From: a virus
Strand: one strand, 5' to 3'
IMG/VR virus record: IMGVR_UViG_3300020050_008090
DNA: 15,736 nucleotides
Shown: positions 6,574 through 15,126 of the stretch, one piece after another
Layout of the letters: every line of letters starts with the position of its first letter
Position numbering within the stretch: the stretch's first letter is position 1
Made by a program: the position numbers and the translations under genes
The notes under the pieces: generated by a model
Told to the model about the DNA's origin: nothing
Seen by the model: only the letters and a program-made list of their open reading frames with translations
Database searches by the model: none

Positions 6574-6876
6574 ATGTATAAAGATAAATTTCAGAAATAT
6601 ACATATTTTGTATGTGACTATAATATTATTGATGAGATTATTCAAGAACAGTATCCAAGTGTCATTTTTGAATGTGCTTTGGATATGCAAAATGGTAGCA
6701 CTATAAAAGTATCAACTGGTTATACTGAATTTGACATTTGGGAGCGACAAGATTTAGAAAAGTTTTTGTCTGGTGAAATTCCTCAACAATATAACACCTT
6801 AAGGTTACTATTACAAGATTTAACAAATAAACAAATATTGGAAGCAGATAATTATTTAATAAATGTAAGTTGGTAA
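6574..6876 (+). CDS. Hypothetical protein
   Basis: 100-aa ORF. Confidence 0.7.
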   Translation: MYKDKFQKYTYFVCDYNIIDEIIQEQYPSVIFECALDMQNGSTIKVSTGYTEFDIWERQDLEKFLSGEIPQQYNTLRLLLQDLTNKQILEADNYLINVSW

Positions 6877-7514
6877 TGAACGAAAAACAAGTAATACCAG
6901 TAATTAATAGAATTGATGATATTGTTGATGGTTATAAAAAGAAGTGTTTTGATGGTAAAGTTATACCATTACAATTAATTCAATTTTTAGACCATTCAAG
7001 AAAAACTAATAATTCTATTGATAAGAGAGTTAATAAGTTTAATGAATATTATGTTGTTGAAAATTGGACAGCAATTAATCTATTTACACAAGAAATAGGT
7101 AAGTATGCTGTTCCACATATTCTTGGACATAAGTATGATGAAATAGAATTAACTCAAGAATCAAGTTTAACAGATAGATCTGAAGGTCAATATCCTAATA
7201 ATGAGGAAGAAGTTAATTTACTTCAAGATTCTTATGATGAATATTTAAATAATGAACGAGATGGTTTATTACCTGATTTTCATTTATCAATAGTTGTAGC
7301 CAAACATAAATTAAGAATGGCTCATCTTAGAAGATTAATTGATTCTGAAGTTAATTTAAGATTAAAGTCTGGATATGTTTTACATTATATCCAGAGAGAA
7401 ACGCCTACAATATTAGGTAAGAGAAAGTATGAGGAATGGTGTAATAACAATCCTCAATTGTTCACTAAATTAAAAGAGAATGTATATCAAACTAATGATC
7501 TTATTTTGTCTTAA
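6876..7514 (+). CDS. Hypothetical protein
   Basis: ORF track 6870..7514; ATG at 6876 overlaps the upstream stop. Confidence 0.7.
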   Translation: MNEKQVIPVINRIDDIVDGYKKKCFDGKVIPLQLIQFLDHSRKTNNSIDKRVNKFNEYYVVENWTAINLFTQEIGKYAVPHILGHKYDEIELTQESSLTDRSEGQYPNNEEEVNLLQDSYDEYLNNERDGLLPDFHLSIVVAKHKLRMAHLRRLIDSEVNLRLKSGYVLHYIQRETPTILGKRKYEEWCNNNPQLFTKLKENVYQTNDLILS

Positions 7515-7947
7515 TTCAAATCCAGACAAAATATATTTTACAAAGGATAATTTGAATTATGATCCTGCATTAATACTTGCTGCTGTTGCAGAACACGAAT
7601 GTCTTAACCTGTCTTGGCAGGAAAGACATTTAGTTATGGAAGCAGTATGGAATAGGGTTTTGGATAACTACAACAATAATGGTTGTACCATTCAAGAACA
7701 ACTACTTGCTCCCAAACAGTTTACAGGTCTATTTATTTATAGACCTCAACACTTCTATATTGATAAAAAGAATAAAAGGCATATAGAGAATATTTATATG
7801 GCTCTATGTGTAATTCAAGGTCACAGATTATCTAACAAAAAGATTTATTATTGGTCAGATTCAGATAATAAATCACATCCTCATTATAAATATGTTAAAC
7901 ATAGAAAGATTACAACAAGTTTTAGAACTATTCAAATATTTAGATAA
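7495..7947 (+). CDS. Cell wall hydrolase, SleB/Hydrolase_2-like
   Basis: 'AAVAEHECLNLSWQERHLVMEAVWNRV...CTIQEQLLAPKQFTGLF'; likely start is the second ATG of track ORF 7480..7947. Confidence 0.75.
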   Translation: MILFCLNSNPDKIYFTKDNLNYDPALILAAVAEHECLNLSWQERHLVMEAVWNRVLDNYNNNGCTIQEQLLAPKQFTGLFIYRPQHFYIDKKNKRHIENIYMALCVIQGHRLSNKKIYYWSDSDNKSHPHYKYVKHRKITTSFRTIQIFR

Positions 7948-8555
7948 TGCAAGTATCTGCTGTTTTATTTATAGAATGGTTGAAACGTATGGATAGTACT
8001 GAAAAGATACTAAATCTTTGGTTACAAAACGCTAAAAGTAGATCAACATATATTGAATCCTATGATTACAATCAAACGGATGATTATTATAATGGTACTT
8101 TAGTTTGGGATATTCCTGTTACAGAAACTAAGCAGATTGATGATCCTATAAAGAGTATGTCAAGTCAAATGTATCAACATTTGATGGAAGAGGCTGATTC
8201 TGATATACTTCAACGTTTAAAACAAACAAGTATTCAAAGATATTCTTTTATTGATCCTTATACACAATCTTTAGTTGTTTCTGATAATACAAGATCGGGT
8301 AGATTAGAATGGTTTGATCTTATACATTCAGAACCAAAGAAAATACTTTTTGAATCTGAAATATGTAAAAAGTTTCCTAAACAAAAACCCAAGCATAACC
8401 CTTTAATTAAACCAAAACCTAAATATAAAGTATTAGATTTTGATGATAATATTTTAGGAGAAGCATTTACAATGGAAGAAGCATTAGATACATTTTACAC
8501 AAGATATGCTGTTTTTGATAAGAAAGCGGCATCACATTTTATAGAAGAAATATGA
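7947..8555 (+). CDS. Hypothetical protein
   Basis: 202-aa ORF. Confidence 0.7.
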   Translation: MQVSAVLFIEWLKRMDSTEKILNLWLQNAKSRSTYIESYDYNQTDDYYNGTLVWDIPVTETKQIDDPIKSMSSQMYQHLMEEADSDILQRLKQTSIQRYSFIDPYTQSLVVSDNTRSGRLEWFDLIHSEPKKILFESEICKKFPKQKPKHNPLIKPKPKYKVLDFDDNILGEAFTMEEALDTFYTRYAVFDKKAASHFIEEI

Positions 8556-8821
8556 CAATAACAACTTATCAACATTGTGTGGTTAATCCACTAACAGGTG
8601 TCTTTGCTATTGGTTCTAAGGAAGAGATAGTAAGCAATATACTTACTTGGGAAATAAGAAATAGAACATTGTTCGCTAAACATGACGGTTTTAAGGAAGT
8701 ACAATATTTTTCTTTTAATGAAAAATTTACTAAAGAAGAACAGTATAATGAATCAATACAAAAACTATATTCTACTTTAAAAGATTATGGTTATTTGTAT
8801 TTTAGAGATATAGGATTTTAA
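8552..8821 (+). CDS. Hypothetical protein
   Basis: 89-aa ORF, ATGA overlap. Confidence 0.65.
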   Translation: MTITTYQHCVVNPLTGVFAIGSKEEIVSNILTWEIRNRTLFAKHDGFKEVQYFSFNEKFTKEEQYNESIQKLYSTLKDYGYLYFRDIGF

Positions 8822-8822
8822 T

Positions 8823-8894
8823 ATGATAGCATTTATAATTATCTGCTTATGTATAGCAGGATTAAACACTCACCATATAAGTAAAGACTTATGA
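8823..8894 (+). CDS. 23-aa putative membrane peptide
   Basis: MIAFIIICLCIAGLNTHHISKDL. Confidence 0.3.
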   Translation: MIAFIIICLCIAGLNTHHISKDL

Positions 8895-8956
8895 CATTAC
8901 TTATTATAATTTCAATATTTCTGTGTATAGCAGGAATGTGTTCAAAACAAGATTGA
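8891..8956 (+). CDS. 21-aa putative membrane peptide
   Basis: MTLLIIISIFLCIAGMCSKQD; ATGA overlap with the previous peptide and shared LCIAG core. Confidence 0.3.
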   Translation: MTLLIIISIFLCIAGMCSKQD

Positions 8957-8957
8957 T

Positions 8958-9182
8958 ATGAGTTATACAACAATATATGTAATTGGAGCATTAGCGACTT
9001 TAATTTATTATTTCCTATTTGGTTCTCAAAGACTGTATAGAGAAATGAAAGCAAAAGACTTAAATGTAACAGATGAAGTGATAAGACAAGCAATTGTAAC
9101 TACTGCTGTAATTTACAGTTTATTATGGTTTATCTTTGTACCATTTATATTACTACCAAATATTTTTAGAAATGACAAATAA
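8958..9182 (+). CDS. Small membrane protein
   Basis: 74-aa ORF with two hydrophobic segments. Confidence 0.65.
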   Translation: MSYTTIYVIGALATLIYYFLFGSQRLYREMKAKDLNVTDEVIRQAIVTTAVIYSLLWFIFVPFILLPNIFRNDK

Positions 9183-10677
9183 ATATGCAATTTACTGTGA
9201 TTCTTTAGAAGATGAACAGTTACTTAAAGATTGGATTAAGAAAGAATCTGATTTAGAAGGATATAATGATTATAATTATAGGAAATTATATTTTCATTTT
9301 CCTGCTAATGATTATTTAGGATTTCAACAAAACTTTCATCTCTATGATGTTTGTTTAGCAAAGGATGGATATATAAAAATAAACATCAAAGATTTTCTAA
9401 AGGAATATTATATGAAAGAATTACCAAATAAATGGTGTATTGCTATAACACCAGAAAATAAGGAAATATTACTTAACTATTGGAAAACATTAGATCGAAG
9501 CGAAAGATGGCTTAGCGCTACTAATTTTCTACACTGGTTAATATCAGATAAATTTGACGGCTCTTATTTAAATTATAGAAATGGTATTCCACCATATGAT
9601 TACACAGAAATTACTATTGAACAATTCAAAAAACATATTTTAAAAGAAAATATGGAACAGTTACCAAAGCAGTGGGTTGTTTGGAACGATGGTTCGCAAT
9701 TGTTTAAAGATACTGTTGTTCATTATCTAAACACTCATTATAGTGCCGAATTTAAAGGATGGGTAAAAGACTCATGGTATGGTGTAATTGCTAACCAAAA
9801 GTATCAAGCAGATATTTTAGTATCAAATCCGGTAAAAATAACAATTCAAGAATTTATTAAACTAACAACTAAAAATATGAAAACAGAACTTCTTGGTTTG
9901 CCAGTAATTCGAGGTGAGAAACATCACCTTGAAGCATTTCTAAAAGACTGTGAAAAATTAGGATATAAAACGCATAAATCAAGACAAACATCTAATACTC
10001 GAATTCAATTAAACGGATTAACTGAAGAAGTTGTTTTAAGAGATGAAGATGCTTTCAAAATATTATATTTTGGAGAAGAAGAATATTCTAAATTAGAAAC
10101 ACTTTCTATCAAAGAATTTCAACTACCTTCTGATTGGTCTAAATGTTTAGACTTTATGAAAGAAAATATGGATAGATGGTTGAAAATACAAGAGGAAAAT
10201 AAAGAACCTGAATTTAAAGTTGGAGATATTGTAGTTGCTGGAAACCCAAATGTAATTTGTGACGCAAAGGGCAGAACAGGTAGAATAGAAAGTATTATAC
10301 CGGGTAATCATCCTTATAATATCAATTTTGGCTCTAACTTGATTGTTTGGTGTCAAATAGAAAGACTTGCAACACCACAAGAAATTGAAGAATATAATAA
10401 TAAACCTAAAATTTTTAAAATGACTTCTACTTCAGGAAACTTTGAGTTAGAAGTTAGTAAGAAAGGTATTTATTATAGACCTGAAGATAAGTATCTAAAT
10501 GTTAGTAACATTGAACAGATGTGTTTAGGATTTAGAATTAATAACGGTAATTTAAATGATACTAATAGAGATTGTTATATTATAACATATGAAACTGTAA
10601 AAGTGGGTTGTAAATCTGGATGTAAAATTTCAGAATGGAAACAAGTATATGATTACTATAAATCAATTACTCAATGA
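9172..10677 (+). CDS. Large hypothetical protein with degenerate internal repeats
   Basis: In-frame ATG 9172 inside track ORF 9136..10677; 'MKELPNKWCI', 'MEQLPKQWVV' and other related units. Confidence 0.75.
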   Translation: MTNKYAIYCDSLEDEQLLKDWIKKESDLEGYNDYNYRKLYFHFPANDYLGFQQNFHLYDVCLAKDGYIKINIKDFLKEYYMKELPNKWCIAITPENKEILLNYWKTLDRSERWLSATNFLHWLISDKFDGSYLNYRNGIPPYDYTEITIEQFKKHILKENMEQLPKQWVVWNDGSQLFKDTVVHYLNTHYSAEFKGWVKDSWYGVIANQKYQADILVSNPVKITIQEFIKLTTKNMKTELLGLPVIRGEKHHLEAFLKDCEKLGYKTHKSRQTSNTRIQLNGLTEEVVLRDEDAFKILYFGEEEYSKLETLSIKEFQLPSDWSKCLDFMKENMDRWLKIQEENKEPEFKVGDIVVAGNPNVICDAKGRTGRIESIIPGNHPYNINFGSNLIVWCQIERLATPQEIEEYNNKPKIFKMTSTSGNFELEVSKKGIYYRPEDKYLNVSNIEQMCLGFRINNGNLNDTNRDCYIITYETVKVGCKSGCKISEWKQVYDYYKSITQ

Positions 10678-10853
10678 TAGGAATAATAATTTTATGTGTA
10701 GTAATTGCTTTTTGTGCTATTGCTACATATATTGTATGTGTAGATAATAATTATCCAGAATGGAAAGCATTCTTAGCATCATTAATATTTCCATTATTCT
10801 GGTTAACTTGGTTTATCTATTTTGGAATCATTACTAAAGATTTATGGAGATGA
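10674..10853 (+). CDS. 59-aa membrane protein, absent from the ORF track
   Basis: MIGIIILCVVIAFCAIATYIVCVDNNYPEWKAFLASLIFPLFWLTWFIYFGIITKDLWR; overlaps the stop of the upstream gene. Confidence 0.55.
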   Translation: MIGIIILCVVIAFCAIATYIVCVDNNYPEWKAFLASLIFPLFWLTWFIYFGIITKDLWR

Positions 10854-11002
10854 TTAAGATTTATATTATGGGAATGATTATCACAGCAATCATCGTTTGT
10901 AGTATTTGTAAAAATACTCAAGATGATGTAAAAGCAATTATGGTAATTACATGGCCTATATTTTGGCTACACTTTTTATATTGTTTAACAAAACAACAAT
11001 GA
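10850..11002 (+). CDS. 50-aa membrane protein, absent from the ORF track
   Basis: MIKIYIMGMIITAIIVCSICKNTQDDVKAIMVITWPIFWLHFLYCLTKQQ; overlapping start/stop on both sides. Confidence 0.5.
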   Translation: MIKIYIMGMIITAIIVCSICKNTQDDVKAIMVITWPIFWLHFLYCLTKQQ

Positions 11003-11349
11003 CAGAACAAGAAATAATTGAAGAAACAGTAGAGTATTATAGGAATAATCCTTTTGGATATGATCCTCATAGAGATGGCGATGATAATGGTGGCTGTGTA
11101 TATTATGGGCCAAATGCAGAAGTATGTGCTGTTGGTAGGTGTTTAATTAATCCAGAGCATTTTAAAGATTCTACTTGCGGTGTAACAGGATTAAGTCTTA
11201 ACGTTAACAATATTGTAAAAGAGCAATATACAGGACATGATATAAATTTTTGGCAGCATTTACAATTTTTTCATGATGATTGTGCAAACGATTTATTTCA
11301 ACTAGAAGATTATAAAAATCATCAACGTTTAAAGAAATATTATGCTTAG
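10999..11349 (+). CDS. Hypothetical protein (MTEQEIIEETVEYYRNN...)
   Basis: ATG 10999 overlaps the upstream stop; track start 10951 is probably too early. Confidence 0.65.
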   Translation: MTEQEIIEETVEYYRNNPFGYDPHRDGDDNGGCVYYGPNAEVCAVGRCLINPEHFKDSTCGVTGLSLNVNNIVKEQYTGHDINFWQHLQFFHDDCANDLFQLEDYKNHQRLKKYYA

Positions 11350-11581
11350 TATTATATTAACTGCAATTTGGTTTGCAGGATTTATCTATTATACAGAAAG
11401 AATAGTAAGAGATAGAGAAGGAATCGTTGAAGTATATGATGGATTAATACAAGAGCATCCAGAAATATTGATTTATATCAGTACTAAGTATATAATTTCA
11501 CTTATATATTTTGTTGCGGTATGTATATCTATGTTATGGCCTGTTGTGTCATTATTTAAACTCTTTAATAAGATAGTATGA
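11342..11581 (+). CDS. Small membrane protein
   Basis: 79-aa ORF with two hydrophobic segments. Confidence 0.65.
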   Translation: MLSIILTAIWFAGFIYYTERIVRDREGIVEVYDGLIQEHPEILIYISTKYIISLIYFVAVCISMLWPVVSLFKLFNKIV

Positions 11582-12775
11582 TAGATACAAGTAGAGAATT
11601 AATACAATCACAAGCAGTAGAGGCTTGGGTTAATAACCGGAGGAATTGGAACTTGTGAGATTCATACGGGCATAGGAAAGACGATTATTGCGTTTAGAGC
11701 ATTGAATACCATGCCCAAAGGCACTAATTGTCTTTTCCTTGCTGAAGTTGGAGTTAGAGAAAAAACTATTAGAGATGATGCTGAATTTTTTAAAGAGTTG
11801 TATGGTTATAATCCATTAGACGGTTACAATGTACAGTTTATGTTATATCAATCTGCTTATAAAACAAGCATACAAAAGATATTTCCAAACAGCAAGTCTA
11901 CTTTTATTTGCTATGATGAAATTCATGAAATTTGTTCTCATAAAAGAATATTGTTTGTATTAAATTCAGATTTAAAAAATGTAAAACAGATTGGACTTTC
12001 TGCTACAATAGATTATAAGACGTTGTATGAAATACAAGGTGAAAGAATAAGTAAGTTAGATGTTCTTAAAAAGTTTTGTCCTGTTATTTTTACCTATAGT
12101 ATTAATGAAGCAATAGATGATAAAAATACCAGAGAATTAAAGTTCTTTATATTAAAGCACAATCTTGATATTAGAAAAAATATTAAAACCGGCCCAAAAG
12201 ATAAACAGTGGTTAACTTCAGAAAAACTGGCTTATGAATATTTAGATAGAGAGTTTAAAAAAGCATTATTTTTACCTAACGGGTCAAGTAAAGATTTTAA
12301 AATTAGAATGACATCTAGTAACAGAGCAAGGTTTTTATATGCTCTTGAATCTAAAATTCCTATTGTCAAAGAATTAATATCTAAATTACAAGGAAAGACT
12401 TTAGTATTTGGATTAGACAATCAATCTTTAACAAATATATGTCCAACAGCAATTGTAGAATCTAATAAAAATCTTGCAAAAGATTTAGATGATTTTAAAA
12501 ATGGTATAACTCAACTTGGTGCTTCTAATAGAATATTAAGACAAGGAGAAAATATCAAAGGTCTTGCTAATATAATATTTCATAGTTACTATGGGAAATT
12601 TGTTCCACTAAGACAATGCTTAGGCAGGAGTCGCAAAGCAGATTCAGTTGGTATTATAGTGCTTATAATGACCTCTGGTACTCAAGAAGAAGTTTGGTTT
12701 AAAAATGCTACTGAAGGACTTAACAGTAATTGGATATACACAACATCAGTAGATGAAATAATCTCAAAAATATGA
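11578..12775 (+). CDS. SF2 DExH-box helicase, expressed through a +1 event at CGGA (11638-11641)
   Basis: Zero frame: MIDTSRELIQSQAVEAWVNN then CGG; +1 frame: (G)GIGTCEIHTGIGKTIIAFRAL... Walker A TGIGKT lies upstream of the track start (11702). Also 'YDEIHEI', 'IGLSAT' and 'QCLGRSRKA'. Zero-frame stop TGA at 11656. Confidence 0.85.
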
Positions 12776-13406
12776 TTTCAAGAAAACCTCGGAGTTTACC
12801 AAATAAAAAATTTAATTAATAATAAAATTTATATTCGGAAGCAGTATTAATATTAGGCACCGATGGGAACAACATAGAAGTGATCTAAGTAAAAATAAAC
12901 ATTGTAATCAACACTTACAAAGATCATTTAACAAACATGGAGAGGATAAGTTTATTTATGAAGTACTTTTGTATTGTTCTGTTAATGAATTAATGGAACT
13001 AGAACAATATTATTTAGATTTTTATCAGCCACAGTATAATTCTAGAAAAATAGTAGATAGTAATAGAGGTATTAAAAGATCGGAGGAATTTAAAAGAAAT
13101 CTTTCTAAACTAAAGTCTGGCATACCGCATACAGAAGAACGTAAAAGAAAACTGTCAGAAAGTAATAAAGCAAATGAAAATCATATGCTTAGGTTAAAAT
13201 TAAGCGGTAAACCTATTTATAAAATTTGCAAACAAACATTACTTCCTATTAAATTATATATTTCAATGGCGGAAGCAGCAAGACAGAATAATATGTCTAA
13301 AAATGCTATCGCTTCTGCTGCAAGAGGGGTTACAAAATCATCTTGTGGATTTTTATGGAAATATAAAGAAGATTATGATAAACAAAACAATATAAATAAT
13401 GCTTAA
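12772..13406 (+). CDS. GIY-YIG homing endonuclease with NUMOD-type C terminus, requiring two +1 events at CGGA (12790-12793 and 12836-12839)
   Basis: Reconstructed: MISRKP-(G)-VYQIKNLINNKIYI-(G)-SSINIRHRWEQHRSDLSKNKHCNQHLQRSFNKHGEDKFIYEVLLYCSVNELMELEQYYLDFYQPQYNSRK... ATG overlaps the helicase stop (ATGA). Track lists only the last 145 aa. Confidence 0.87.
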
Positions 13407-13581
13407 TAAAGGACAAAAACGAGAATTTGTTATTAACTGGTATAACAAAAGAAAACAAGGAGTATCTAACCTAAATAATAATGAAGAATTAACAAAAGAA
13501 ATTCAAGAGAAATTGGACAACATTGATAAAACAACTGAAGAATTTTTTAGTAATACACCAAAAGATGATATTCCAAAATGA
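13399..13581 (+). CDS. Hypothetical protein
   Basis: 60-aa ORF overlapping the GIY-YIG 3' end. Confidence 0.6.
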   Translation: MLNKGQKREFVINWYNKRKQGVSNLNNNEELTKEIQEKLDNIDKTTEEFFSNTPKDDIPK

Positions 13582-14174
13582 TGCTAAATGATTTTTTACA
13601 AGAACATTATCCAGAAGCATTGGAAATTTATAAACGATTAACTACCCCAAACTATTTTGAATGTGGAGTAGAATACTATCCTCAACAATCTGGTTGTGGT
13701 GGTGAGGGTAAAAATTATAAGAAACTTCTTTTTAAGAATGCTACAATATTAAAAGATACTAAACATTATCATTTAATAGATATTAAAGAACCACAATATT
13801 CTTATGGGTTTACAGAACAAGAGGCTCCTTTTAAATTAAAAAGAGTTAATGAAGATGTAGTATATAACGATAATATTATTGACGATAATAAACAAAAATA
13901 TATTACAGTTGATGGTGTTGAATATTCTATTACACAAATGTTTTTTAGAAAATATGATACTAAAAGATTAGCAGTTAGACTGTTTATTAGAATTGTTGGT
14001 AATGATAATATCTTTTGGGAATATTATAATTATGGTTTTGGTACTAAAGGTAATATCCTTTGTTATTATCCTGATTATAAAAAAGATAGTAGAAACTACA
14101 ATATTCAATTTAATGTTCCTGTAAGAAAAATGAAAGAACTTGTATTTGGTAATCCTAATATTAAAATAAAATGA
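13578..14174 (+). CDS. Hypothetical protein
   Basis: 198-aa ORF. Confidence 0.7.
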   Translation: MMLNDFLQEHYPEALEIYKRLTTPNYFECGVEYYPQQSGCGGEGKNYKKLLFKNATILKDTKHYHLIDIKEPQYSYGFTEQEAPFKLKRVNEDVVYNDNIIDDNKQKYITVDGVEYSITQMFFRKYDTKRLAVRLFIRIVGNDNIFWEYYNYGFGTKGNILCYYPDYKKDSRNYNIQFNVPVRKMKELVFGNPNIKIK

Positions 14175-14392
14175 CAGATATAGATATGGAAGATGAGGAT
14201 GATTTTCCTCAAGAAATTACTGGTCATGTACCATCACACAGATTTGGTGAATTTATAGGTAGAATGTGGTTAAGTCAAGAAGAGAAGGAATATCTTAAAC
14301 AAATTAAGGTTTATCCTGATGAAATACTTAAAGATATTTATTATCGTAAGTTAACTTTACATTCGCTATTTATTCAAAGAAAATATAATTGA
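14171..14392 (+). CDS. Hypothetical protein
   Basis: 73-aa ORF. Confidence 0.6.
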   Translation: MTDIDMEDEDDFPQEITGHVPSHRFGEFIGRMWLSQEEKEYLKQIKVYPDEILKDIYYRKLTLHSLFIQRKYN

Positions 14393-14393
14393 T

Positions 14394-14753
14394 ATGGATG
14401 AATTTGTAGATCACAATATTGCAAAACAGTTAAGAGATATTGGATTTGATGAAGATTGTTTAGGTTTTTATAAACTAGATAAAACAGTGAGTATAGTTTG
14501 GGAAGATTTTGACAGTAGAACTAAAACTCCATACGCATCAACATATTATCAAGTATTTCAGTGGTTTAGGGAAGTACACAAACTTCATTCTTCTATTGCT
14601 TGGGTAACTAAAGGTTATGACTTTTATGTAAAGAAAGAACCAAGTAGAATTATTAATGAAACAACTCATGTATATTCAAATTATAGAGAATGTGAAATTG
14701 CTTGCATTGAATATATGATAAATTTAGTTAAGAATGAAAGAACAATTAATTGA
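14394..14753 (+). CDS. Hypothetical protein, resembles next ORF
   Basis: '...NIAKQLRDIGFDEDCLGFY...FQWFREVHKLHSSI...YRECEIACIEYMINLV'. Confidence 0.65.
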   Translation: MDEFVDHNIAKQLRDIGFDEDCLGFYKLDKTVSIVWEDFDSRTKTPYASTYYQVFQWFREVHKLHSSIAWVTKGYDFYVKKEPSRIINETTHVYSNYRECEIACIEYMINLVKNERTIN

Positions 14754-15126
14754 ATTTAATACTGCTAAATTAGCCCAAGAAAAAGGATTTGATGTAGTGT
14801 CTTATTTAAAATGTAATTTTGATTTAATTGAGAATTCTAATTTTAAATCTGACGGAAAATCAAGTTGGTATCTTGATATAACTCAAAGTTTATTACAAAA
14901 ATGGTTAAGAGAAGTTCATAATATTGAAGTAGAAGTTTATAGAGAAGTTAATTTTGCAGACGAGTGTTATTATGATACTTATTGTGTAGATGTTTATAAT
15001 AATAAATTATCATTTCTATCAAAAGATTATACTTTTACCGAAGGAATTGATACTTATGAACAGGCTTTAGAGCAAGGATTATTAGAAGGACTTAAATTAA
15101 TAGATAATGAAACAAGTACTGGCTGA
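14734..15126 (+). CDS. Hypothetical protein, resembles previous ORF
   Basis: 'FNTAKLAQEKGFDVVSYL...LQKWLREVHNIEVEV...TYEQALEQGLLEGLKLI'. Confidence 0.7.
   Translation: MKEQLIEFNTAKLAQEKGFDVVSYLKCNFDLIENSNFKSDGKSSWYLDITQSLLQKWLREVHNIEVEVYREVNFADECYYDTYCVDVYNNKLSFLSKDYTFTEGIDTYEQALEQGLLEGLKLIDNETSTG

Noticed and set aside
6394-6690. Reverse-strand ORF 6394..6690
   Set aside because: Antisense across a terminator-like hairpin and two + strand genes.
11641-11658. Extra base placed in AATTGG rather than at the CGG
   Set aside because: Deleting the T there gives RRNGT, which is possible, but the CGG position gives NNGGIGT, fits helicase N termini better and matches the other sites.
12772-13406. 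GIY-YIG gene is a decayed pseudogene
   Set aside because: Apart from the two CGGA sites, the frame is intact to the stop at 13406 with all catalytic-region motifs preserved. Decay would be expected to show varied lesions.
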